From: the human T2T-CHM13v2.0 reference genome, Homo sapiens
Reading direction: 5' to 3' (one strand)
Assembly: GCF_009914755.1 (NCBI RefSeq)
Contig: NC_060925.1
DNA: 64,000 nt
Positions 13,301 to 25,300 of the stretch are shown here, piece by piece (position 1 is the stretch's first letter; each line of letters starts with the position of its first letter). The notes under the pieces were generated by a model. It was not told the origin of the DNA and did not search any database. It saw only the letters and a list, made by a program, of their open reading frames with translations. The translations under genes and the position numbers were made by a program.

Positions 13301-16300
13301 CCTTTACACAGAGCAGACTTGAAACACTCTTTTTGTGGAATTTGCAAGTGGAGATTTCAGCCGCTTTGAGGTCAATGGTAGAAAAGGAAATATCTTCGTA
13401 TAAAGACTAGACAGAATGATTCTCAGAAACTCCTTTGTGATGTGTGCGTTCAACTCACAGAGTTTAACTTTTCTTTTCATAGAGCCGTTAGGAAACACTC
13501 TGTTTGTAAAGTCTGCAAGTGGATATTCAGACCTCTTTGAGGCCTTCGTTGGAAACGGGATTTCTTCATATTATGCTAGACAGAAGAATTCTCAGTAACT
13601 TCCTTGTGTTGTGTGTATTCAACTCACAGAATTGAACGATCCTTTACACAGAGCAGACTTGAAACATTCTTTTTGTGGAATTTGCAAGTGGAGATTTCAG
13701 CCGCTTTGAGGTCAATCGTAGAATAGGAAATATCTTCCTATAGAAACTAGACAGAACGATTCTCAGAAACTCCTTTGTGATGTGTGCGTACAACTCACAG
13801 AGTTTAACCTTTCTTTTCATAGAGCAGTTAGGAAACACTCTGTTTGTAAAGTCTGCAAGTGGATATTCAGACCTCTTTGAGGCCTTCGTTGGAAACGGGA
13901 TTTCTTCATATTCTGCTAGACAGAAGAATTCTCAGTAACTTCCTTGTGTTGTGTGTATTCAACTCACAGAGTTGTACGATCCTTTACACAGAGCAGACTT
14001 GAAACACTCTTTTTGTGGAATTTGCAAGTGGAGATTTCAGCCGCTTTGAGGTCAATAGTAGAAAAGGAAATATCTTGGTAGAAAAACTAGACAGAATGAT
14101 TCTCAGAAACTCCTTTGTGATGTGTGCGTTCAACTCACAGAGTTTAACCTTTCTTTTCATAGAGCAGTTAGGAAACACTCTGTTTGTAAAGTCTGCAAGT
14201 GGATATTCAGACCTCTTTGAGGCCTTCGTTGGAAACGGGATTTCTTCATATTCTGCTAGACAGAATAATTCTCAGTAACTTCCTTGTGTTGTGTGTATTC
14301 AACTCACAGAGTTGAAAGATCCTTTACAGAGAGCAGGCTTGAAACACTCTTTTTGTCGAATTTGCAAGTGGAGATTTCAGCCGCTTTGAGGTCAATGGTA
14401 GAATAGGAGATATCTTCTTATAGAAACTAGACAGAATGATTCTCATAAACTCCTTTGTGATGTGTGCGTTCAACTCACAGAGTTTAACCTTTCTTTTCAT
14501 AGAGCAGTTAGGAAACACTCTGTTTGTAAAGTCTGCAAGAGGATATTCAGACCTCCTTGAGGCCTTCGTTGGAAACGGGATTTCTTCATATTCTGCTAGA
14601 CAGAAGAATTCTCAGTAACTTCCTTGTGTTGTGTTTATTCAACTCACAGAGTTGAATGATCCTTTACACAGAGCAGACTTGAAACACTCTTTTTGTGGAA
14701 TTTGCAAGTGGAGATTTCAGCCGCTTTGAGGTCAATGGTAGAAAAGTAAATATCTTCGTATAAAGACTAGACAGAATGATTCTCAGAAACTCCTTTGTGA
14801 TGTGTGCGTTCAACTCACAGAGTTTAACCTTTCTGTTCATAGAGCAGTTAGGAAACACTCTGTTTGTAAAGTCTGCAAGTGGATATTCAGACCTCCTTGA
14901 GGCCTTCGTTGGAAACGGGATTTCTTCATATTCTGCTAGACAGAAGAATTCTCAGTAACTTCCTTGTGTTGTGTGTATTCAACTCACAGAGTTGAACGAT
15001 CCTTTACACAGAGCAGACTTGAAACACTCTTTTTGTGGAATTTGCAAGTGGAGATTTCAGCCGCTTTCAGGTCAATAGTAGAAAAGGAAATATCTTCGTA
15101 GAAAAACTAGACAGAATGATTCTCAGAAACTCCTTTGTGATGTGTGTGTTCAACTCACAGAGTTTAACCTTTCTTTTCATAGAGCAGTTAGTAAACACTC
15201 TGTTTATAAAGTCTGCAAGTGGATATTCAGACCCCTTTGAGGCCTTCGTTGGAAACGGGATTTCTTCATATTATGCTAGACAGAAGAATTCTCAGTAACT
15301 TCCTTGTGTTGTGTGTATTCAACTGACAGAGTTGAACTTTCATTTAGAGAGAGCAGATTTGAAACACTGTTTTTGTGGAATTTGCAAGTGGAGATTTCAA
15401 GCGCTTTGGGGCCAAAGGCACAAAAGGAAATATCTTCGTATAAAAACTAGACAGAATCATTCTCAGAAACTGCTGCGTGATGTGTGCGTTCAACTCTCAG
15501 AGTTTAACTTTTCTTTTCATTCAGCGGTTTGGAAACACTCTGTTTGTAAAGTCTGCACGTGGAAATTTTGACCACTTAGAGGCCTTCGTTGGAAACGGGT
15601 TTTTTACATGTAAGGCTAGACAGAAGAATTCCCAGTAACTTCCTTGTGTTGTGTGCATTCAACTCACAGAGTTGAACGTTCCCTTAGACAGAGCAGATTT
15701 GAAACACTCTATTTGTGCAATTTGCAAGTGTAGACTTCAAGCGCTTTAAGGTCAATGGCAGAAAAGGAAATACCTTCGTTTCAAAACTAGACAGAATCAT
15801 TCCCACAAACTGCGTTGTGATGTGTTCGTTCAACTCACAGAGTTTAACCTTTCTGTTCATAGAGCAGTTAGGAAACACTCTGTTTGTAAAGTCTGTAAGT
15901 GGATATTCTGACATCTTGTGGCCTTCGTTGGAAACGGGATTTCTTCATATTCTGCTAGACAGAAGAATTCTCAGTAACTTCCTTGTGTTGTGTGTATTCA
16001 ACTCACAGAGTTGAACGATCCTTTACACAGAGCAGACTTGAAACACTCTTTTTGTGGAATTTGCAAGTGGAGATTTCAGCCGCTTTGAGGTCAATGGTAG
16101 AAAAGGAAACTATCTTCATATAAAGACTAGACAGAATGATTCTAAGAAAATCTTTTGTGATGTGTGCGTTCAACTCACAGAGTTTAACTTTTCTTCTCAT
16201 AGAGCAGTTAGGAAACACTCTGTTTGTAAAGTGTGCAAGTGGATATTCAGACCTCTTTGAGGCCTTCGTTGGAAAAGGGATTTCTTCATATTATGCTAGA

Positions 16301-19300
16301 CAGAATAATTCTCAGTAACTTCCTTGTGTTGTGTGTATTCAACTCACAGAGTTGAAGGATCCTTTACAGAGAGCAGGCTTGAAACACTCTTTTTGTCGAA
16401 TTTGCAAGTGGAGATTTCAGCCGCTTTGAAGTCAATGGTAGAAAAGGAAATATCTTCGTATAAAGACTAGACAGAATGATTCTCAGAAACTCCTTTGTGA
16501 TGTGTGCGTTCAACTCACAGAGTTTAACTTTTCTTTTCATAGAGCCGTTAGGAAACACTCTGTTTGTAAAGTCTGCAAGTGGATATGCAGACCTCTTTGA
16601 GGCCTTCTTTGGAAAAGGGATTTCTTCATATTATGCTAGACAGAAGAATTCTCAGTAACTTCCTTGTGTTGTGTGTATTCAACTCACAGAGTTGAACGAT
16701 CCTTTTCACAGAGCAGACTTGAAACATTCTTTTTGTGGAATTTGCAAGTGGAGATTTCAGCCGCTTTGAGGTCAATGGTAGAATAGGAAATATCTTCCTA
16801 TAGAAACTAGACAGAACGATTCTCAGAAACTCCTTTGTGATGTGTGCGTTCAACTCACAGAGTTTAACCTTTCTTTTCATAGAGCAGTTAGGAAACACTC
16901 TGTTTGTAAAGTCTGCAAGTGGATATTCAGACCGCTTTGAGGCCTTCGTTGGAAACGGGACTTCTTCATATTCTGCTAGACAGAAGAATTCTCAGTAACT
17001 TCCTTGTGTTGTGTGTATTCAACTCACAGAGTTGCACGATCCTTTACACAGAGAAGACTTGAAACACTCTTTTTGTGGAATTTGCAAGTGGAGATTTCAG
17101 CCGCTTTGAGGTCAATAGTAGAAAAGGAAATATCTTCGTAGAAAAACTACACAGAATGATTCTCAGAAACTCCTTTGTGATGTGTGTGTTCAACTCACAG
17201 AGTTTAACCTTTCTTTTCATAGAACAGTTCGTAAACACTCTGTTTATAAAGTCTGCAAGTGGATATTCAGACCCCTTTGAGGCCTTCGTTGGAAACGGGA
17301 TTTCTTCATATTATGCTAGACAGAAGAATTCTCAGTAACTTCCTTGTGTTGTGTGTATTCAACTGACAGAGTTGAACTTTCATTTAGAGAGAGCAGATTT
17401 GAAACACTATTTTTGTGGAATTTGCAAGTGGAGATTTCAAGCGCTTTGGGGCCAAAGGCAGAAAAGGAAATATCTTCGTATAAAAACTAGACAGAATCAT
17501 TCTCAGAAACTGCTGCGTGATGTGTGCGTTCAACTCTCAGAGTTTAACTTTTCTTTTCATTCAGCGGTTTGGAAACACTCTGTTTGTAAACTCTGCACGT
17601 GGAAATTTTGACCACTTAGAGGCCTTCGTTGGAAACGGGTTTTTTTCATGTAAGGCTAGACAGAAGAATTCCCAGTAACTTCCTTGTGTTGTGTGCATTC
17701 AACTCACAGAGTTGAACGTTCCCTTAGACAGAGCAGATTTCAAACACTCTATTTGTACAATTTGCAAGTGTAGATTTCAAGCGCTTTAAGGTCAATGGCA
17801 GAAAAGGAAATATCTTCGTTTCAAAACTAGACAGAATCATTCCCACAAACTGCGTTGTGATGTGTTCGTTCAACTCACAGAGTTTAACCTTTCTGTTCAT
17901 AGAGCAGTTAGGAAACACTCTGTTTGTAAAGTCTGTAAGTGGATATTCTGACATCTTGTGGCCTTCGTTGGAAACGGGATTTCTTCATATTCTGCTAGAC
18001 AGAAGAATTCTCAGTAACTTCCTTGTGTTGTGTGTATTCAACTCACAGAGTTGAACGATCCTTTACACAGAGCAGACTTGAAACACTCTTTTTGTGGAAT
18101 TTGCAAGTGGAGATTTCAGCCGCTTTGAGGTCAATGGTAGAAAAGGAAACTATCTTCATATAAAGACTAGACAGAATGATTCTCAGAAAATCTTTTGTGA
18201 TGTGTGCGTTCAACTCACAGAGTTTAACTTTTCTTCTCATAGAGCAGTTAGGAAACACTCTGTTTGTAAAGACTGCACGTGGATATTTTGACCACTTAGA
18301 GGCCTTCGTTGGAAACGGGTTTTTTTTCATGTAAGGCTAGACAGAAGAATTCCCAGTAACTTCCTTGTGTTGTGTGCATTCAACTCACAGAGTTGAACGT
18401 TCCCTTAGACAGAGCAGATTTGAAACACTCTATTTGTGCAATTTGCAAGTGTAGATTTCAAGCGCTTAAGGTCAATGGCAGAAAAGGAAATATCTTCGTT
18501 TCAAAACTAGACAGAATCATTCCCACAAACTGCGTTGTGATGTGTTCGTTCAACTCACAGAGTTTTACCTTTCTGTTCATAGAGCAGTTAGGAAACACTC
18601 TGTAAAGTCTGTAAGTGGATATTCTGACATCTTGTGGCCTTCGTTGGAAACGGGATTTCTTCATATTCTGCTAGACAGAAGAATTCTCAGTAACTTCATT
18701 GTGTTGTGTGTATTCAACTCACAGAGTTGAACGATCCTTTACACAGAGCAGACTTGAAACACTCTTTTTGTGGAATTTGCAAGTGGAGATTTCAGCCGCT
18801 TTGAGGTCAATGGTAGAAAAGGAAATATCTTCGTATAAAGACTAGACAGAATGATTCTCAGAAACTCTTTTGTGATGTGTGCGTTCAACTCACAGAGTTT
18901 AACCTTTCTGTTCATAGAGCAGTTAGGAAACACTCTGTTTGTAAAGTCTGCAAGTGGATATTCAGACCTCCTTGAGACCTTCGTTGGAAACGGGATTTCT
19001 TCATATTCTGCTAGACAGAAGAATTCTCAGTAACTTCCTTGTGTTGTGTGTATTCAACTCACAGAGTTGTACGATCCTTTACACAGAGCAGACTTGAAAC
19101 ACTCTTTTTGTGGAATTTGCAAGTGGAGATTTCAGCCGCTTTGAGGTCAATGGTAGAAAAGGAAATATCTTCGTATAAAGACTAGACAGAATGATTCTCA
19201 GAAATTCCTTTGTGATGTGTGCGTTCAACTCACAGAGTTTAACCTTTCTGTTCATAGAGCTGTTAGGAAACACTCTGTTTGTAAAGTCTGCAAGTGGATA

Positions 19301-22300
19301 TTCAGACCTCCTTGAGGCCTTCGGTGGAAACGGGATTTCTTCATATTCTGCTAGACAGAAGAATTCTCAGTAACTTCCTTGTGTTGTGTGTATTCAACTC
19401 ACAGAGTTGAACGATCCTTTACACAGAGCAGACTTGAAACACTCTTTTTGTGGAATTTGCAAGTGGAGATTTCAGCCGCTTTGAGGTCAATGGTAGAAAA
19501 GGAAACTATCTTCATATAAAGACTAGACAGAATGATTCTCAGAAAATCTTTTGTGATGTGTGCGTTCAACTCACAGAGTTTAACTTTTCTTCTCATAGAG
19601 CAGTTAGGAAACACTCTGTTTGTAAAGTCTGCAAGTGGATATTCAGACCTCTTTGAGGCCTTCGTTGGAAACGTGATTTCTTCATATTATGCTAGACAGA
19701 ATAATTCTCAGTAACTTCCTTGTGTTGTGTGTATTCAACTCACCGAGTTGAAGGATCCTTTACAGAGAGCAGGCTTGAAACACTCTTTTTGTCGAATTTG
19801 CAAGTGGAGATTACAGCCGCTTTGAGGTCAATGGTAGAAAAGGAAATATCTTCGTATAAAGACTAGACAGAATGATTCTCATAAACTCCTTTGTGATGTG
19901 TGCGTTCAAATCACAGAGTTTAACTTTTCTTTTCATAGAGCAGTTAGGAAACACTCTGTTTGTAAAGTCTGCGAGTGGATATTCAGACCTCTTTGAGGCC
20001 TTCGTTGGAAACGGGATTTCTTCGTATTATGCTAGACAGAATAATTCTCAGTAACTTCCTTGTGTTGTGTGTATTCAACTCACAGAGTTGAACGATCCTT
20101 TACACAGAGCAGACTTGAAACACTCTTTTTGTGGAATTTGCAAGTGGAGATTTCAGCCGCTTTGAGGTCAATGGTAGAATAGGAAATATCTTCCTATAGA
20201 AACTAGACAGAACGATTCTCAGAAACTCCTTTGTGATGTGTGCGTTGAACTCACAGAGTTTAACCTTTCTTTTCATAGAGCAGTTAGGAAACACTCTGTT
20301 TGTAAAGTCTGCAAGTGGATATTCAGACCTCTTTGAGGCCTTCGTTGGAAACGGGATTTCTTCATATTCTGCTAGACAGAAGAATTCTCAGTAACTTCCT
20401 TGTGTTGTGTGTATTCAACTCACAGAGTTGCACGATCCTTTACACAGAGCAGACTTGAAACACTCTTTTTGTGGAATTTGCAAGTGGAGATTTCAGCCGC
20501 TTTGAGGTCAATAGTAGAAAAGGAAATATCTTCGTAGAAAAACTAGACAGAATGATTCTCAGAAACTCCTTTGTGATGTGTGTGTTCAACTCACAGAGTT
20601 TAACCTTTCTTTTCCTAGAGCAGTTAGTAAACACTCTGTTTATAAAGTCTGCAAGTGGATATTCAGACCCCTTGGAGGCCTTCGTTGGAAACGGGATTTC
20701 TTCATATTATGCTAGACAGAAGAATTCTCAGTAACTTCCTTGTGTTGTGTGTATTCAACTCACAGAGTTGAACTTTCATTTAGAGAGAGCAGATTTGAAA
20801 CACTGTTTTTGTGGAATTTGCAAGAGGAGATTTCAAGCGCTTTGGGGCCAAGGGCAGAAAAGGAAATATCTTCGTATAAAAACTAGACAGAATCATTCTC
20901 AGAAACTGCTGCGTGATGTGTGCGTTCAACTCTCAGAGTTTAACTTCTCTTTTCATTCATCGGTTTGGAAACACTCTGTTTGTAAAGTCTGCACGTGGAT
21001 ATTTTGACCACTTAGAGGCCTTCATTGGAAACGGGTTTTTTTTCATGTAAGGCTAGACAGAAGAATTCCCAGTAACTTCCTTGTGTTGTGTGCATTCAAC
21101 TCACAGAGTTGAACGTTCCCTTAGACAGAGCAGATTTGAAACACTCTATTTGTGCAATTTGCAAGTGTAGATTTCAAGCGCTTTAAGGTCAACGGCAGAA
21201 AAGGAAATATCTTCGTTTCAAAACTAGACAGAATCATTCCCACAAACTGCGTTGTGATGTGTTCGTTCAACTCACAGAGTTTTACCTTTCTGTTCATAGA
21301 GCAGTTAGGAAACACTCTGTAAAGTCTGTAAGTGGATATTCTGACATCTTGTGGCCTTCGTTGGAAACGGGATTTCTTCATATTCTGCTAGACAGAAGAA
21401 TTCTCAGTAACTTCCTTGTGTTGTGTGTATTCACCTCACAGAGTTGAACGATCCTTTACACAGAGCAGACTTGAAACACTCTGTTTGTGGAATTTGCAAG
21501 TGGAGATTTCAGCCGCTTTGATGTCAATGGTAGAAAAATGAAATATCTTCGTATAAAGACTAGACAGAATGATTCTCAGAAACTCTTTTGTGATGTGTGC
21601 GTTCAACTCACAGAGTTTAACCTTTCTGTTCATAGAGCAGTTAGGAAACACTCTGTTTGTAAAGTCTGCAAGTGGATATTCAGACCTCCTTGAGACCTTC
21701 GTTGGAAACGGGATTTCTTCATATTCTGCTAGACAGAAGAATTCTCAGTAACTTCCTTGTGTTGTGTGTATTCAACTCACAGAGTTGTACGATCCTTTAC
21801 ACAGAGCAGACTTGAAACACTCTTTTTGTGGAATTTGCAAGTGGAGATTTCAGCCGCTTTGAGGTCAATGGTAGAAAAGGAAATATCTTCCTATAAAGAC
21901 TAGACAGAATGATTCTCAGAAACTCCTTTGTGATGTGTGCGTTCAACTCACAGAGTTTAACCTTTCTGTTCATAGAGCAGTTAGGAAACACTCTGTTTGT
22001 AAAGTCTGCAAGTGGATATTCAGACCTCCTTGAGGCCTTCGGTGGAAACGGGATTTCTTCATATTCTGCTAGACAGAAGAATTCTCAGTAACTTCCTTGT
22101 GTTGTGTGTATTCAACTCACAGAGTTGAACGATCCTTTACACAGAGCAGACTTGAAACACTCTTTTTGTGGAATTTGCAAGTGGAGATTTCAGCCGCTTT
22201 GAGGTCAATGGTAGAATAGGAAATATCTTCCTATAGAAACTAGACAGAATGATTCTCAGAAACTCCTTTGTGATGTGTGCGTTGAACTCACAGAGTTTAA

Positions 22301-25300
22301 CCTTTCTTTTCATAGAGCAGTTAGGAAACACTCTGTTTGTAAAGTCTGCAAGTGGATATTCAGACCTCTTTGAGGCCTTCGTTGGAAACGGGATTTCTTC
22401 ATATTCTGCTAGACAGAAGAATTCTCAGTAACTTCCTTGTGTTGTGTGTATTCAACTCACAGAGTTGAACGATCCTTTACACAGAGCAGACTTGAAACAC
22501 TCTTTTTGTGGAATTTGCAAGTGGAGATTTCAGCCGCTTTGAGGTCAATGGTAGAATAGGAAATATCTTCTTATAGAAACTAGACAGAATGATTCTCAGA
22601 AACTCCTTTGTGATGTGTGCGTTCAACTCACAGAGTTTAACCTTTCTTTTCATAGAGCAGTTAGGAAACCCTCTGTTTGTAAAGTCTGCAAGTGGATATT
22701 CAGACCTCTTTGAGGCCTTCGTTGGAAACGGGATTTCTTCATATTCTGCTAGACAGAAGAATTCTCAGTAACTTCCTTGTGTTGTGTGTATTCAACTCAC
22801 AGAGTTGAACGATCCTTTACACAGAGCAGACTTGAAACACTCTTTTTGTGGAATTTGCAAGTGGAGATTTCAGCCGCTTTGAGGTCAATAGTAGAAAAGG
22901 AAATATCTTCGTAGAAAAACTAGACAGAATGATTCTCAGAAACTCCTTTGTGATGTGTGTGTTCAACTCACAGAGTTTAACCTTTCTTTTCATAGAGCAG
23001 TTAGTAAACACTCTGTTTATAAATTCTGCAAGTGGATATTCAGACCCCTTTGAGGCCTTCGTTGGAAACGGGATTTCTTCATATTATGCTAGACAGAAGA
23101 ATTCTCAGTAACTTCCTTGTGTTGTGTGTATTCAACTGACAGAGTTGAACTTTCATTTAGAGAGAGCAGATTTGAAACACTGTTTTTGTGGAATTTGCAA
23201 GTGGAGATTTCAAGCGCTTTGGGGCCAAAGGCAGAAAAGGAAATATCTTCGTATAAAAACTAGACAGAATCATTCTCAGAAACTGCTGCGTGATGTGTGC
23301 GTTCAACTCTCAGAGTTTAACTTTTCTTTTCATTCAGCGGTTTGGAAACACTCTGTTTGTAAAGTCTGCACGTGGATATTTTGACCACTTAGAGGCCTTC
23401 GTTGGAAACGGGTTTTTTTTCATGTAAGGCTAGACAGAAGAATTCCCAGTAACTTCCTTGTGTTGTGTGCATTCAACTCACAGAGTTGAACGTTCCCTTA
23501 GACAGAGCAGATTTGAAACACACTATTTGTGCAATTTGCAAGTGTACATTTCAAGCGCTTTAAGGTCAACGGCAGAAAAGGAAATATCTTCGTTTCAAAA
23601 CTAGACAGAATCATTCCCACAAACTACGTTGTGATGTGTTCGTTCAACTCACAGAGTTTAACTTTTCTTCTCATAGAGCAGTTAGGAAACACTCTGTTTG
23701 TAAAGTCTGCAAGTGGATATTCAGACCTCTTTGAGGCCTTCGTTGGAAACGGGATTTCTTCATATTATGCTAGACAGAATAATTCTCAGTAACTTCCTTG
23801 TGTTGTGTGTATTCAACTCACAGAGTTGAAGGATCCTTTACAGAGAGCAGGCTTCAAACACTCTTTTTGTCGAATTTGCAAGTGGAGATTTCAGCCGCTT
23901 TGAGGTCAATGGTAGAATAGGAAATATCTTCTTATAGAAACTAGACAGAATGATTCTCAGAAACTCCTTTGTGATGTGTGCGTTCAACTCACAGAGTTTT
24001 ACCTTTCTGTTCATAGAGCAGTTAGGAAACACTCTGTTTGTAAAGTCTGCAAGTGGATATTCAGACCTCCTTGAGGCCTTCGTTGGAAACGGGATTTCTT
24101 CATATTCTGCTAGACAGAAGAATTCTCAGTAACTTCCTTGTGTTGTGTGTATTCAACTCACAGAGTTGAACGATCCTTTGCACAGAGCAGACTTGAAACA
24201 CTCTTTTTGTGGAATTTGCAAGTGGAGATTTCAGCCGCTTTGAGGTCAATAGTAGAAAAGGAAATATCTTCGTAGAAAAACTAGACAGAATGATTCTTAG
24301 AAACTCCTTTGTGATGTGTGTGTTCAACTCACATAGTTTAACCTTTGTTTTCATAGAGCAGTTAGTAAACACTCTGTTTACAATGTCTGCAAGTGGATAT
24401 TCAGACCCCTTTGAGGCCTTCGTTGGAAACGGGATTTCTTCATATTCTGCTAGACAGAAGAATTCTCAGTAACTTCCTTGTGTTGTGTGTATTCAACTGA
24501 CAGAGTTGAACTTTCATTTAGAGAGAGCAGATTTGAAACACTGTTTTTGTGGAATTTGCAAGTGGAGATTTCAAGCGCTTTGGGGCCAAAGGCAGAAAAG
24601 GAAATATCTTCGTATAAAAACTAGACAGAATCATTCTCAGAAACTGCTGCGTGATGTGTGCGTTCAACTCTCAGAGTTTAACTTTTCTTTTCATTCAGCG
24701 GTTTGGAAACACTCTGTTTGTAAAGTCTGCACGTGGATATTTTGACCACTTAGAGGCCTTCGTTGGAAACGGGTTTTTTTCATGTAAGGCTAGACAGAAG
24801 AATTCCCAGTAACTTCCTTGTGTTGTGTGCATTCAACTCACAGAGTTGAACGTTCCCTTAGACAGAGCAGATTTGAAACACTCTATTTGTGCAATTTGCA
24901 AGTGTAGATTTCAAGCGCTTTAAGGTCAATGGCAGAAAAGGAAATATCTTCGTTTCAAAACTAGACAGAATCATTCCCACAAACTGCGTTGTGATGTGTT
25001 CGTTCAACTCACAGAGTTTAACCTTTCTGTTCATAGAGCAGTTAGGAAACACTCTGTTTGTAAAGTCTGCAAGTGGATATTCAGACCTCCTTGAGGCCTT
25101 CGTTGGAAACGGGATTTCTTCATATTCTGCTAGACAGAAGAATTCTCAGTAACTTCCTTGTGTTGTGTGTATTCAACTCACAGAGTTGAACGATCCTTTT
25201 CACAGAGCAGACTTGAAACACTCTTTTTGTGGAATTTGCAAGTGGAGATTTCAGCCGCTTTGAGGTCAATGGCAGAAAAGGAAACTATCTTCATATAAAG

